Part shown: in pieces, positions 47,124 through 58,333 of the stretch
How the letters are laid out: every line of letters starts with the position of its first letter
Position numbering within the stretch: the first letter of the stretch is position 1
Virus record (IMG/VR): IMGVR_UViG_3300028805_000041
Location: 64,001 to 128,000 of that record
Length of the DNA stretch: 64,000 nucleotides
Reading direction: 5' to 3' (one strand)
Origin: a virus
Lineage: Duplodnaviria; Caudoviricetes
Translations under genes and position numbers: made by a program
The notes under the pieces: model-generated
Told to the model about the DNA's origin: nothing
Databases searched by the model: none
Seen by the model: only the letters and a program-made list of their open reading frames with translations

Positions 47124-49127
47124 CTATTTTTCGCTTTCTTTCTTAATAACTTGATCAATCACAAGACTTTTCTTAAGTACTGTGTTCCATATATGTTCAT
47201 ATTGAGTGTCTCTAAAGTATTGATAATAGATATCACAGTCCTTTGTCTGTCCAATCCTGCATATTCTATCCTGCATCTGCTGACAATCACCCGGTACAAA
47301 TGACATATTGTTGAAAACAAGTTTGTTTGAACTCGTTAGTGTGATTCCGACACCCGCCGCAACTATGTTTCCTATAAATACAGTCACATTTGGATTATTC
47401 ATAAACTCATCAACAGCCTTATCCTTTTGTTTTGAGTTCATTTTTCCGTTGTATATCACGGATTTATCACCATAATGTTCGTTTAATGTGTACAGTTCCT
47501 CATCATAGCAACAGGCAATCACCACTTTTTCACCTCTTTTAAGCCAATGGTCAACAATTCTTATGGTATATGGAACCATTATGTTTGAAATGTACTTTCT
47601 GTATACGGCTCCTTCCAATAATTCCCTGTTTATTTCAACGTCAGGGTTTTCTTCCTTCTTTTCAGCCTCATATTCTTCCCATAATCTGTCATATTCTTCC
47701 TTTTGTTCAGGTGTAAGGTCATATACAGCCTCATGTATGGTTTTATTTGGCATTTTATCCATATCTTCCTTAACTCTCCTGAGATATATGTGGGAAATTT
47801 TGTCTTTCAATTCACCTAAGTTGGTTGCACCGTTTGCAATCGTTATTTTTACTGCATTTTTATCTATGAATTCCTTTAAATCCAATTTTTCCTTTGCTGA
47901 TAGAGAATACCAGTCAGGTTTACCGACTTTTTTGAGAAAAATTCTTGTGCAACGTTCTTTTTCACCCTTTGCCGGTATCTTCATAGCCCCACAATAGCGG
48001 TTCATATAGTATTCCCACTCGTTTTTTATAGGATCATCAAGTAATTGTAGGAGACAAAACAGATTTTTTGGATTATTTGTTACCGGTGTACCCGTTGCAA
48101 GGTAAATTGAGTGCGGTTTTCCTATTTTTATGAGATTTTTAATGATTTTATACCTTGTTGAGGTATTATTTGAAAGTCTATGAGCCTCATCTATGATGAT
48201 CAAAGACTTTCTGTTCATTATATACTTTAAAATAGGACTTTTTTCCGCCTCTTTTCTGATATTATCCTCGCTCCTAGCGTTGATTATTGTGTAAAATTCA
48301 TCAAGTATGTCGTAATTTACAATAACAAATCGGTTATTTTGCCATTTTCCGCCTGTTTTAGCCATTTCAAGCAGTTCATTCCTTGACATATTTGATCTTC
48401 CCTCAGCAAAACCGAGAAATGTCTCAAGTTCGGGCTTTGTCTTATAGATAAAAGAGTCTACTATTGATATATTTTTCTCATCAACATACCAAGATAGTTC
48501 TTTTTTCCAATTTGTCTTGATGGATGCGGGACAAATTATTAGAACAGAGTCAAAATTGCCCTCAATTGCAGCAATTGAGAGTTCAAGAGTCTTTCCATAG
48601 CCCATATCATCTGCAAGAATACATTTTTTTCTTGACAATAGGAACTGTACAGCCTCTTTTTGTTCTTCTTTTATCTTTCTGTTGGGGTCTTTTTCCATTG
48701 AAAGATTGTCATAACGTTGGAAATCGACCTCCAAATTATGATAATCGTCAACAAGAAAGTTTTTTATTACCGCTTTCTTTGGCAAAAATACGAGTAACGG
48801 CGGTACAGATTGCCTATATTGAATATAGCAGTGGTATGCACTTTGAGTTTCGCCTAATAATGATATGATTTTTATCTTAATTGGCGGAAATTCCGCGCCC
48901 CACTCCTCTTGTTTCTCTTGGGCATACCAATCAGCCAAGGTAGTCATCTTATTGATTACCTTTGGTTTAAAACTATGATTATTCAGAATATAATCAATAG
49001 TCCTTTCTGTTATAATATTTACCTTTCCGTTAACATACACATCCCTTTTGAGTTCAAGAAGGTACGGGTTCTCACCGTTGTACTCCTTGAGTATCTGAAA
49101 TGCCCTGTCATTTTTCGAAATTTGCAT
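47124..49127 (-). CDS. SNF2-family helicase
   Basis: LADDMGYGKT, IIDEAH, ATGTP, LRRVK, GITLT, Q..DRI.RIGQ; start revised to 49127, downstream of TATATTTG at 49146-49153 (minus). Confidence 0.92.
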   Translation of the reverse strand: MQISKNDRAFQILKEYNGENPYLLELKRDVYVNGKVNIITERTIDYILNNHSFKPKVINKMTTLADWYAQEKQEEWGAEFPPIKIKIISLLGETQSAYHCYIQYRQSVPPLLVFLPKKAVIKNFLVDDYHNLEVDFQRYDNLSMEKDPNRKIKEEQKEAVQFLLSRKKCILADDMGYGKTLELSIAAIEGNFDSVLIICPASIKTNWKKELSWYVDEKNISIVDSFIYKTKPELETFLGFAEGRSNMSRNELLEMAKTGGKWQNNRFVIVNYDILDEFYTIINARSEDNIRKEAEKSPILKYIMNRKSLIIIDEAHRLSNNTSTRYKIIKNLIKIGKPHSIYLATGTPVTNNPKNLFCLLQLLDDPIKNEWEYYMNRYCGAMKIPAKGEKERCTRIFLKKVGKPDWYSLSAKEKLDLKEFIDKNAVKITIANGATNLGELKDKISHIYLRRVKEDMDKMPNKTIHEAVYDLTPEQKEEYDRLWEEYEAEKKEENPDVEINRELLEGAVYRKYISNIMVPYTIRIVDHWLKRGEKVVIACCYDEELYTLNEHYGDKSVIYNGKMNSKQKDKAVDEFMNNPNVTVFIGNIVAAGVGITLTSSNKLVFNNMSFVPGDCQQMQDRICRIGQTKDCDIYYQYFRDTQYEHIWNTVLKKSLVIDQVIKKESEK

Positions 49128-49234
49128 GTAATATATATTATATAACAAATATATAAAAATTTTTTAATTAATCAATAATACTAGATAATTAATATTTATT
49201 ATTATATAATATATTATATCTAGTACTAAAGGCC

Positions 49235-49777
49235 ATGAAACTGGACGGAGCAAAAATTAAGAAGAAAAACCCAATTAACAGAAATGGTTTCTTCTTTTCT
49301 GATGAAGATTATGATTTTCAAATAAGCATCGGTATGGAATATCTAAATACTCAGGTAAACCAAACCGTTGTTCTATATGAAGTTGATATGGAAAATACCA
49401 ACTTAAACAGCGTATATCAAGAGGGAAAATTTGACGACATAAACTTTAAGACACCCGTAGAACTCAATGTACTCTATAATTTAGAGGAACCCGAACTTAA
49501 GTCATATGACACCAATAAGTTACGAGGCTATTATGTAAAAATGGGTAAATTAAACTTCACAATTTATGAAAAGGAACTTGAAGAAAATAATTGTGACATC
49601 AAGAGAGGTGATTACATAGGTCTTCAAGTTACACCCGAACATATGGAGTATTTCATTGTTACGAATGACGGTAGGGTAAATTATGACAATAAACACACCC
49701 TCTATGGTACAAGACCATATTACAGAAGCGTAACCTGTACCATTGTAAGTGATAAGTCAGAAACAAGCAATTTATAA
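49235..49777 (+). CDS. Head closure/neck protein (gp14-like)
   Basis: VVLYEVD....N.VY.E......F..PVEL; IKRGDYI; TATTTAT at 49193-49199. Confidence 0.55.
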   Translation: MKLDGAKIKKKNPINRNGFFFSDEDYDFQISIGMEYLNTQVNQTVVLYEVDMENTNLNSVYQEGKFDDINFKTPVELNVLYNLEEPELKSYDTNKLRGYYVKMGKLNFTIYEKELEENNCDIKRGDYIGLQVTPEHMEYFIVTNDGRVNYDNKHTLYGTRPYYRSVTCTIVSDKSETSNL

Positions 49778-49778
49778 G

Positions 49779-50972
49779 ATGAAGAAGAATAAGAACTTTT
49801 TAGATATATATCATCATTCATTCGGTAATGAGAGACGCAGGGAAATCTTTCACGAAGTCTTGGATAGGGGTGCGTTTCTACCTAAAACGGTGCTTTATGA
49901 AGACATAGATGCCGCATTTAAGGAATGGGCGAAGACATCCGTGAAAATTGTGTCTGATGATGGAGATGAATTTCCAACAATGACCCTTTTCAGCAGCCAA
50001 AGATTTTCTGAATATTCACAGACGTGGGAATATGTTGATGACAACAACAACCTGCTTCTCAATTTCAAGACAATTACGAGGGAGAACAATCCACAGAAGG
50101 GTGAAATACACGGAAGTATTTGGAACATACCGGGTGATATTTTCTTTACAATGAAGAAAAATGTCGTATTGGATGACAATGGCAGTGAATCTTTCATCGT
50201 AATGAAGATGAGGATGCCCACTGCTGTTGATGTTATCTATGAATTAAGCATATTTACAAACAAATATGAAAAATTGAATGAATTCAACACCATAATAAAT
50301 CACTTGTTCAATGCAAGACAGTGCTACATCGCGCCAAACGGTCATTATATGCCAATGCAACTTGAGGAAATAAGTGACACTACGGAATACAGTATTGACG
50401 ATCGTCAATTTTATGGACAAACAGTAAAGATAAGGGTTAAGGCTTATTTGATTACAAAGGATGACTATAGAATTGAGGAACGCCCAATGAAATATGGTGC
50501 AAATCTAAGTACATGGGGTATAAAAAATCACAGACGTAGGGGAAATGTTGAGATAGAAGAGGTGGAGGACGAACCCTGTAATTTCATTGACGAGGATAAC
50601 AGGTATTATTACAAACAAGTTGCATTGATAATTAATTTTCCCCTATGTGTCAGGGACACTGTTTTTACAATCGACGAGGATTTCGTAATAACGGGTTTTG
50701 AAAATGAAAATGTTCGGAAGATAAAAAGTGCATCTGTGAACAATGAACCTGTAGATAATTTCTCTGAAGGTTTCAGGATGTTTGAAAATGACAAGATCAA
50801 GATAAAAATCGATACAAAAAATAGTGTTGAAGGTGCCGTTCTTAGAATAAACGGATATGACCCAACAGTGGTTTATGATTCTGAAAAAGACAATATGGAA
50901 TCAGTGTTGGACGAAAATAAGGTAGAAGAAAAAGAGTATTACACAATAGAAAATGGATTGGATATTTCGTAA
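49779..50972 (+). CDS. Tail terminator/sheath stabiliser (gp15-like)
   Basis: P.AVDV.YELSIFT....LN motif; follows neck gene and precedes sheath. Confidence 0.55.
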   Translation: MKKNKNFLDIYHHSFGNERRREIFHEVLDRGAFLPKTVLYEDIDAAFKEWAKTSVKIVSDDGDEFPTMTLFSSQRFSEYSQTWEYVDDNNNLLLNFKTITRENNPQKGEIHGSIWNIPGDIFFTMKKNVVLDDNGSESFIVMKMRMPTAVDVIYELSIFTNKYEKLNEFNTIINHLFNARQCYIAPNGHYMPMQLEEISDTTEYSIDDRQFYGQTVKIRVKAYLITKDDYRIEERPMKYGANLSTWGIKNHRRRGNVEIEEVEDEPCNFIDEDNRYYYKQVALIINFPLCVRDTVFTIDEDFVITGFENENVRKIKSASVNNEPVDNFSEGFRMFENDKIKIKIDTKNSVEGAVLRINGYDPTVVYDSEKDNMESVLDENKVEEKEYYTIENGLDIS

Positions 50973-53900
50973 AATAAAAGAAAAACCTATTTTTTACATA
51001 ACTAAGTTTGCAAGAAAGGACTTGTATAACGAGGATGGGGATTTAACCATAAAATGGGGAAATGAAAAGAGCGGAGTAACTGAAAGTAATGTTGTTTTGA
51101 CATTAATAAATGGCGAAATTGAAGAATATTACTTTGAGGACGGTGTCATCAATAATGTAATTTTTTCTAAACGTGAAGACATAGCATCGGTTGAATTAAA
51201 GAGTGGAATAAAAAAGATTTCTTATGATGCTTTTTTGGGTTGTAAAAATCTTTTGTCTATAAATATTTCGGATACGGTTGAAACAATCGGTAGTAGAGCA
51301 TTTAGAGGATGTATATCATTAACCGGTATTTCTTTTGCTGATAATTGTATACTTAAAGAGATTGGTCCAAACGCATTCAATGGTTGCTATAGTCTAACAG
51401 AAATAAATATACCATCAAGTGTTGTTACTATAAGGTACGGTGCTTTTGAAAATTGTACAAATTTAAATACCGTTGTTTTTGGTGAAAATCCGACAATTGA
51501 GACAATAGGCGGAACTTCTTTTAAAAATTGTACATCACTTGAAGAATTCATAATTCCGAATAGTGTTAAATATATCGAATACAGTGTATTTAAAGGTTGT
51601 GTAAATCTGAAAGAAATATTCATACCAAACAGTGTATTGGAAATACGTAATGACGTATTTAGGGATTGTACATCACTTAAAACAGTTACGTTTGAAGACA
51701 ATTCACCAATTACTATCATTTATATGAATCTATTCAGAGGATGTACAAGTTTGGAGGAGATAACACTTCCTAATAAACTTGAGAAAATTGCATCATATGC
51801 CTTTGAAAACTGTGCTATTAAAAGTATTGAATTGCCTGAAACACTGAAAATAATAAGTGCTTATGCTTTTAGAAATTGTAGTGAATTAACGGAAATAAAA
51901 AGCAACGCGGAGATATGTCCTAAAATATCCAATACAACATTTATTGATGTTGCAAGTGGAGGCACATTGACCCCACCAAGCGAGGAAAGCGACTATTCAA
52001 CATGGTTGTATAAAACCAGTTATTTTCTTGGATACTACGGTTGGATAAATAGTAAGGCTAAAAAGGATTATAATGTTATATTGACGCTTGTCGACGGCAC
52101 TAAAGAACAATATGCCTATGACGGTCCAATTGAAGACAATAAATTTGCAAGAAGAACAGACATTTACTCCGTAGAAATCAATAGTGGTGTAACCGGTATT
52201 GGAGAAAGCGCATTCATAAGATGTAACAATTTAGTAAGTGTTGCTATAAACGGAGATGTTAAAACAATTGGTGAAACAGCGTTCAGTACTTGTACAAGTC
52301 TGTCATCAATTACACTTAATAGTGGCACAACAACCATTGGCAATTCAGCATTCTATAATTGTAGGGAAATTGTGGGTGTTGTTTTGCCAAATAGTGTTGA
52401 AAGTATTGGTGAGGAAGTTTTTCATAATTGTAGAAAATTATCTGGTGTCACATTAAGTGCTAGTTTAAACAACATAAGCAAACAAGCATTTATGGGTTGT
52501 GTTGAATTGAATAGCATAATAATTCCTGCAAGTGTGAAAACATTAAATGAGTCTGCTTTCGAAGGATGTTTTAAACTATCTAAGGTAACTTTTTTAGGGA
52601 ATATAAAAACAATTGGTAATAAAGCATTTAGAAATTGTAGTTCACTCGAAATAGTTTCAGGACTTACAGGCGGTGACATTACAATTGGAAATTCAGCATT
52701 CCTTTCCTGTAATTTGTTGAGTAGGATAAATTTCACTAAAATGACAAAAATAGGCGAAAGTGCTTTCAGATTATGTAAAAACATTACAGGAGCATTGTCA
52801 TTGTCATCAGTTAGTGAGATTGGAATAAATGCATTTATGAATTGTTATTCAATAACTTCATTAAATATCGGCAACAATTTGACAGACATAAGTTCAGGGG
52901 CATTTAAGAATTGTACTTCATTGGAACGTGTTACAAATGGAACTGCAATAAGGACAATTGGGAGTGAGGCGTTCTTTGGCTGTAATAATTTGAAAAATAT
53001 TTCATTATTAAAAATTATTGACAATAAGGAAAACTATGTTGAAAAAATCGGAAGCCGTGCATTTTACAACTGTTCTGAATTGTCAACGATAGAGTTTGGA
53101 AACAATGTATCGGAAATTGGCGTTAGTGCCTTTTCAAATTGTACAAAACTCGAAAGGATAAAAACAACCGGTAAAACGCCCCAAATCTATTCAAATACAT
53201 TCTTAAACGTAAAGGAATATGGAACACTTGAATATGCTGATGCATATGAGGATGATTACATTAGAGATTGGCTAAAGACTGATCAATATTATCTTGGGTA
53301 TTATAAATGGAATTATAAGTATACATTGACAATAACCATAGATGGTGTATTTTATACGGCTATCACACAGGATGTCGGTACGACAATACCGCCAATACCA
53401 ACTCCAACACGTGAAGGGTATCGCTTCTCTTGGGATGAACCAATCCCAACCGTAATGCCAAATTATGATTTAACAATCAACGGCAGTTTCACGGTTAACC
53501 AATACATTCTTACATTTATCATCGATGGTAGATTTGTTTCAAGCGGTAGGGTTGATTATAACTCGGTAATTACATATCCATCACACACAGAACGTGAGGG
53601 ATACAGTTTCTCTTGGGACAGCAGCATAACAAATATGCCGGCACGTAATGTAACGATTAACGGTGTGTATACGGTTAACAAATATACACTGACATTGATG
53701 GTAGAAGGTGAGCCTTACACAAGTTTCACTCAGGATTATGGTTCTGTAATATCCGTAACTGACCCGACTAAGGAGGGCTACAGTTTCTCTTGGGACACCC
53801 CAATTCCAACCACAATGCCCGCAGAAAACATCACTATTAATGGTACGTTCACCTTATATAATGTCATTTTAACACTATCAAATGGCAATAAGGAAGGAAT

Positions 53901-54921
53901 TAGTTTAACCGGAGATACTATAAGTGCAACAGATGGTATTTCAGGAAGAAGTGATGTAGTTTCAGTTGAAATCATAGCGCAAATAACCGGTATTTCTGAG
54001 AATGCATTTAATGGTTGTTCGGAACTTACAGGAATCACAATGCCTGATACCGTTAAAACTATTAAGAACTCAGCATTTAAGGGATGTAATTTGTCTGAAT
54101 TCATATTACCTGAAAGTCTAAATAAAATTGGAGGATATGCCTTCAAAAATAACTATTCTCTTTCAATAATTGTTTGTAACGAAAATGCTGTATCTGCATG
54201 CACAACATCTTTTGAAGATGTATCAGAAAATGGAACATTAGTATATTCAAGCAAAATGGCTGAACATTATAATACGAATTGGTTGGATGGCAATAAATGC
54301 TTGAATGGGTGGTTTGGTATCGATTCTGAATACAACATAGTTATGGAAAATACTGAAACTGATGATGAAGGAGTCACACTTTCAGGTTATCGGATAACAA
54401 CAGCCAACGATGCAAAAAAATATCCAGAACGTAACCCCATTTCATGGAAGTTCTATGGTAGCAACACAAAGAGCGAAGAACTACCATCGACAGGAGTATC
54501 GAGCTGGACGCTTCTTGATCAACATGAAAATGATTACACGCTTGGTCATGAAAACTATAAAAATTATTATTTCGAAATACCCGAAGGAAATAGAAGCAAG
54601 TACCAATATTATCTACTTGAATTCAATGCTGTACAAAGCGGCACAGTCATTCAACTTGGTGAGTTCAGACTATTTGATGAGAGTGGTAAATTAGTAACTA
54701 AAGTCAACTGTTATCATTGTTCATCAGAACAATATTATGACAATAATGATATTTCGGATTTATTTGACAATGACAACAGCACTAAATATTGTGCTGACAT
54801 TAACGAACCATTATACATTTATATAGAAGCTGAAAAAACTGAAAGTTATAAACTGTATTATCTTGATGAAAGTGGTAATAAATTAAGCGGTTATACTGAG
54901 ATTGACACAATAACTAACTAA
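50953..54921 (+). CDS. BspA-type leucine-rich-repeat protein with InlB-B (Listeria-Bacteroides) repeats and a C-terminal discoidin/CBM32-like domain
   Basis: Many IGxxAFxxCxxLxxIxxPxSVxx repeats; 3x YTLT...DG....PT(R/K)EGY.FSWD...MP...TING.F; YRITTAND..R.P.SW.FYGSN..WTLLD. Confidence 0.88.
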   Translation: MDWIFRKIKEKPIFYITKFARKDLYNEDGDLTIKWGNEKSGVTESNVVLTLINGEIEEYYFEDGVINNVIFSKREDIASVELKSGIKKISYDAFLGCKNLLSINISDTVETIGSRAFRGCISLTGISFADNCILKEIGPNAFNGCYSLTEINIPSSVVTIRYGAFENCTNLNTVVFGENPTIETIGGTSFKNCTSLEEFIIPNSVKYIEYSVFKGCVNLKEIFIPNSVLEIRNDVFRDCTSLKTVTFEDNSPITIIYMNLFRGCTSLEEITLPNKLEKIASYAFENCAIKSIELPETLKIISAYAFRNCSELTEIKSNAEICPKISNTTFIDVASGGTLTPPSEESDYSTWLYKTSYFLGYYGWINSKAKKDYNVILTLVDGTKEQYAYDGPIEDNKFARRTDIYSVEINSGVTGIGESAFIRCNNLVSVAINGDVKTIGETAFSTCTSLSSITLNSGTTTIGNSAFYNCREIVGVVLPNSVESIGEEVFHNCRKLSGVTLSASLNNISKQAFMGCVELNSIIIPASVKTLNESAFEGCFKLSKVTFLGNIKTIGNKAFRNCSSLEIVSGLTGGDITIGNSAFLSCNLLSRINFTKMTKIGESAFRLCKNITGALSLSSVSEIGINAFMNCYSITSLNIGNNLTDISSGAFKNCTSLERVTNGTAIRTIGSEAFFGCNNLKNISLLKIIDNKENYVEKIGSRAFYNCSELSTIEFGNNVSEIGVSAFSNCTKLERIKTTGKTPQIYSNTFLNVKEYGTLEYADAYEDDYIRDWLKTDQYYLGYYKWNYKYTLTITIDGVFYTAITQDVGTTIPPIPTPTREGYRFSWDEPIPTVMPNYDLTINGSFTVNQYILTFIIDGRFVSSGRVDYNSVITYPSHTEREGYSFSWDSSITNMPARNVTINGVYTVNKYTLTLMVEGEPYTSFTQDYGSVISVTDPTKEGYSFSWDTPIPTTMPAENITINGTFTLYNVILTLSNGNKEGISLTGDTISATDGISGRSDVVSVEIIAQITGISENAFNGCSELTGITMPDTVKTIKNSAFKGCNLSEFILPESLNKIGGYAFKNNYSLSIIVCNENAVSACTTSFEDVSENGTLVYSSKMAEHYNTNWLDGNKCLNGWFGIDSEYNIVMENTETDDEGVTLSGYRITTANDAKKYPERNPISWKFYGSNTKSEELPSTGVSSWTLLDQHENDYTLGHENYKNYYFEIPEGNRSKYQYYLLEFNAVQSGTVIQLGEFRLFDESGKLVTKVNCYHCSSEQYYDNNDISDLFDNDNSTKYCADINEPLYIYIEAEKTESYKLYYLDESGNKLSGYTEIDTITN

Positions 54922-55047
54922 TAAATCTTATAATACTGACAACTTAGTAAAAATATCACATTAAAAACATATCTTTTAACAAGTTTCAGTTTTTCAGAAG
55001 TATTTATATAAAAATAATGTAAATAATATTAGAAAAACAATAATTAT

Positions 55048-58000
55048 ATGGGAAAAATTAGAGGAATACACTCAAGCCCCGGTATTTACACGAAGTTTAC
55101 CGACATTTCTTATGCAGCAAAGACTCTCGGTGTAACTACTCTTGGCTTGGTTGGCGAAACGCTGAAGGGTCCGGCATTTGAACCAATTCCAATTTCAAGT
55201 TGGACAGAATTTGTTGAATATTTCGGAGGAACCTCACCTGTTAAATTCAAGGGTAGCAAATATCCAAAGTACGAACTTCCTTATATTGCAAAGGAATATC
55301 TTAGCGTGTCTGATCAACTTTACGTATGTAGAGTTCTTGGTCTTAGTGGCTATAACGCGGGTCCTGCATTTGTTATAACCGCACACGGTGGCGATGGAAA
55401 AGAGCGTGCGATTGCAGTATTGAGGTCGAGGGGAACTTATAAAAAGTATCCAATGGTTGGTGATGATTGTGAACCGGTTGGTGATTATGATACGATTAAA
55501 CACTTTGTTACGGGTGTAACGTTGAGTGAATACGTGAGAACTGTAATTGGTCCTAACGGGTGTGAAGACGATATACGTACACGAGAGGAAGGGTTTGAAA
55601 TTAACTTAAACAACTATGGGAGATTTACCATTGAATGTTCAGGCGAATCTGGGTTTACTGCAAGTTATCCTGTTTCACTTAATGTAGAGGATAAGGACTA
55701 TATCTACAATGTTCTTGGAAGTGACCCACTTATCGGTAGTGCGGCATTGTACGTTGAGGAACTGTATGATGTTATGCTTGCTGATGAAATTGGTCTTGGT
55801 AATCTAACAAACATTTCAAGAACAGTTACAACTAAGGAACCTTTGGAAATAATTCCTGTAACAGAACCCGTTTCTGATTTTGTCACTGTTGACTTCGACA
55901 ATCTATCAAGAAAGATGCTTGGACAGGCTTATCTGTATAATGGCATTGGTGGTGAAAACCCATTAGAAAATGGATTCAAATTTTTAGTAACCGACGACAA
56001 TGATGCGGTACAAGTTGACGACGAAGGAAATCCAACAATTGAACCAATGGTACCGGGTTATATTTATGGTGTTTCATCTTACACTAATCCTTTGAAAAGC
56101 AATAAGAAGGAGTATGTATATGTACAACTGAAAAAAGAGGAGGCGGTTACCAGTGGAAATACAGCCACAGGCAATTTCAAGAGTGATAGTTCACGAGTTG
56201 TTCCTTGCAAGATTAGTAAGATAGATACAGATACCACCCCAAACAAGGTTTATACCGTGAAGGTTCTAAGTCAGAACAAGTATTATTGTCTTGATGAACA
56301 AAATGATAATGTTATTGAGGCAGCAGATTTCTCTGACTATAAGGAAGGCTTCCGTTGTGCACAGACGCCTTGGATTGTTTCCGAATTGAAGGGTAATGGT
56401 ACAAATGTGGATGTTCTGAAACTGTTCAAGTTCTATTCTATCAGTGACGGTAATAAGGCTAACACAGAGTTTAAGGTATCAATAGCAAACGTAAGTCCTG
56501 ACAATGGTACATTTGATGTATATATCAGAGACTTTAATGATACCGACGGTAGCATCGTTGTATTGGAGTCTTATAAAGGACTGACAATGAAGAAGGGCGA
56601 TAAGAACTATATCGGTTACAAGATTGGCACACTTAATGGTGAGTATGAAGCCAAGTCAAAGTATGTTCTTGTTGACATTGTCGAAAATGATATGACAGAA
56701 GAATGTGTACCTTGTGGTTTCCTTGGATATCCGACAAGAAATTATGGCGATGTAGAACAACCGACATTTAAGTACAATATTACATATGACAGCAATCTTA
56801 GTGAGAGAAAACAGTACTTCGGTTTGTCAAACATAACAGGTGTTGATGTGGATATGCTGACATATAAGGGAAAGTATGCTTATACGGATGACTATAGTCA
56901 CGGACATACCGATGCGTTCCACCTTGACAGCAGAATTTCAAAGAGGGCTAAAGAACTCATATCAGGGCTTACTATTACTGTTGACGAAGATCCCTCAACA
57001 AGCGGTATTACGTGGCAAGCGGTTGCGTCAAATATCACAAACGGTATGGAAGCTGCAATCATTGCAAGTGACTACGAAATGGAAGGATCAATATACGAGA
57101 GTAAGACAATGAGAAAGTTCACCGTATGTCTTTATGGCGGTTTTGACGGTTGGGATATCTACAGAGAGTCAAGAACAAATACTGACAAGTACAGGGTTAA
57201 CAAGTATCGTGGAAAGATTGAAAATGGCGTTGGAAAGACATTCTCATTGATTGACAATCCTGAATCCATTGCTTTGTCAGGAAACTGTATCAATACCGAC
57301 TACTATGCATATCTTGCGGGTGCAATGCAGTTTGAGAATCCCGAGAAGACTCTCATCAACTTATTTGCCACACCGGGTATCGACTACGTTAATCAGAACC
57401 TCCTTACAAACGATATTCTCGAGATGATTGAGGATGTCAGGGGAGATGCGTTGTATGTAATTACAACACCAGATAAGCCAGCCGGTGTTACGGACGCAAT
57501 TGATGAAATGTACACACCAAGAGAGGCAACATACAACCTTGAGGAGACTAACATTGACACCTACTATGCTGCAACATACTATCCTTGGATCAAGTATTAT
57601 GACAGAGATAACCTTATTTATCTTAACCTTCCTGTAACTAAGGACGTTTTGAGAAATATGGCTGATGTCGACAATAAGAAATATCCTTGGTATGCTCCGG
57701 CAGGTATTGAGAGGGGTAATGTCAATTGTGTCAAGGCACGTATCTTCTCTAAGTTAGAGGATGAGGATACACTCTACGATGCAAGAATCAATCCTGTTAA
57801 GACGTTCTCAAGAGACGGTGTCAAGATTTGGGGTAACAAGACACTTTATACAGGTGACACCCCAATGAACAGGATCAATGTAGTAAGACTTATGCTCTAT
57901 ATGAGAAAACTTATTGTTGAGGCTTGTAGAGGTCTTATCTTTGAACCTAATGATACAACACTGAAGGGTGAATTTGAAGGAATTGTTAAACCAATCCTCG

Positions 58001-58179
58001 AACAGATTCAGAAGGATAGAGGTATCACAGCCTTCCGTCTTGATGTATCTCAGACACCTGAGCAGATTGACGCTCACGAAATGAGTTGTGTTCTTTGGGT
58101 TAAGCCTACTCCTGCATTGGAATACATTGAGATCAACTTTATGGTAACACCACAGGGCGTAGATTTCGATATGGTTTAA
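55048..58179 (+). CDS. gp18: Contractile tail sheath protein (gp18-like)
   Basis: SPGIYT, GETLKGPAFEP, PWYAPAG..RG, LY..RINP, WGNKTL, R.NV.RL, FEPND, PT..LEYI.I.F; TATTTAT at 55001-55007. Confidence 0.95.
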   Translation: MGKIRGIHSSPGIYTKFTDISYAAKTLGVTTLGLVGETLKGPAFEPIPISSWTEFVEYFGGTSPVKFKGSKYPKYELPYIAKEYLSVSDQLYVCRVLGLSGYNAGPAFVITAHGGDGKERAIAVLRSRGTYKKYPMVGDDCEPVGDYDTIKHFVTGVTLSEYVRTVIGPNGCEDDIRTREEGFEINLNNYGRFTIECSGESGFTASYPVSLNVEDKDYIYNVLGSDPLIGSAALYVEELYDVMLADEIGLGNLTNISRTVTTKEPLEIIPVTEPVSDFVTVDFDNLSRKMLGQAYLYNGIGGENPLENGFKFLVTDDNDAVQVDDEGNPTIEPMVPGYIYGVSSYTNPLKSNKKEYVYVQLKKEEAVTSGNTATGNFKSDSSRVVPCKISKIDTDTTPNKVYTVKVLSQNKYYCLDEQNDNVIEAADFSDYKEGFRCAQTPWIVSELKGNGTNVDVLKLFKFYSISDGNKANTEFKVSIANVSPDNGTFDVYIRDFNDTDGSIVVLESYKGLTMKKGDKNYIGYKIGTLNGEYEAKSKYVLVDIVENDMTEECVPCGFLGYPTRNYGDVEQPTFKYNITYDSNLSERKQYFGLSNITGVDVDMLTYKGKYAYTDDYSHGHTDAFHLDSRISKRAKELISGLTITVDEDPSTSGITWQAVASNITNGMEAAIIASDYEMEGSIYESKTMRKFTVCLYGGFDGWDIYRESRTNTDKYRVNKYRGKIENGVGKTFSLIDNPESIALSGNCINTDYYAYLAGAMQFENPEKTLINLFATPGIDYVNQNLLTNDILEMIEDVRGDALYVITTPDKPAGVTDAIDEMYTPREATYNLEETNIDTYYAATYYPWIKYYDRDNLIYLNLPVTKDVLRNMADVDNKKYPWYAPAGIERGNVNCVKARIFSKLEDEDTLYDARINPVKTFSRDGVKIWGNKTLYTGDTPMNRINVVRLMLYMRKLIVEACRGLIFEPNDTTLKGEFEGIVKPILEQIQKDRGITAFRLDVSQTPEQIDAHEMSCVLWVKPTPALEYIEINFMVTPQGVDFDMV

Positions 58180-58201
58180 TAAACAAGAGACTATAAATTA
58201 C

Positions 58202-58240
58202 AAAAAATACGGCTAATGAAAATTTTAGCCGTATTTTTTT
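58202..58240. terminator. Bidirectional terminator
   Basis: AAAAAATACGGCTAA-loop-TTAGCCGTATTTTTTT. Confidence 0.85.
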
Positions 58241-58333
58241 GTTATTAGTGGAAAAAAAAAATGCACCGAACGGTGCATTAATCTTTATGTGTGTAGGCAT
58301 CTTTTATCCACCGTGTGGTGGATACTTTTAATT

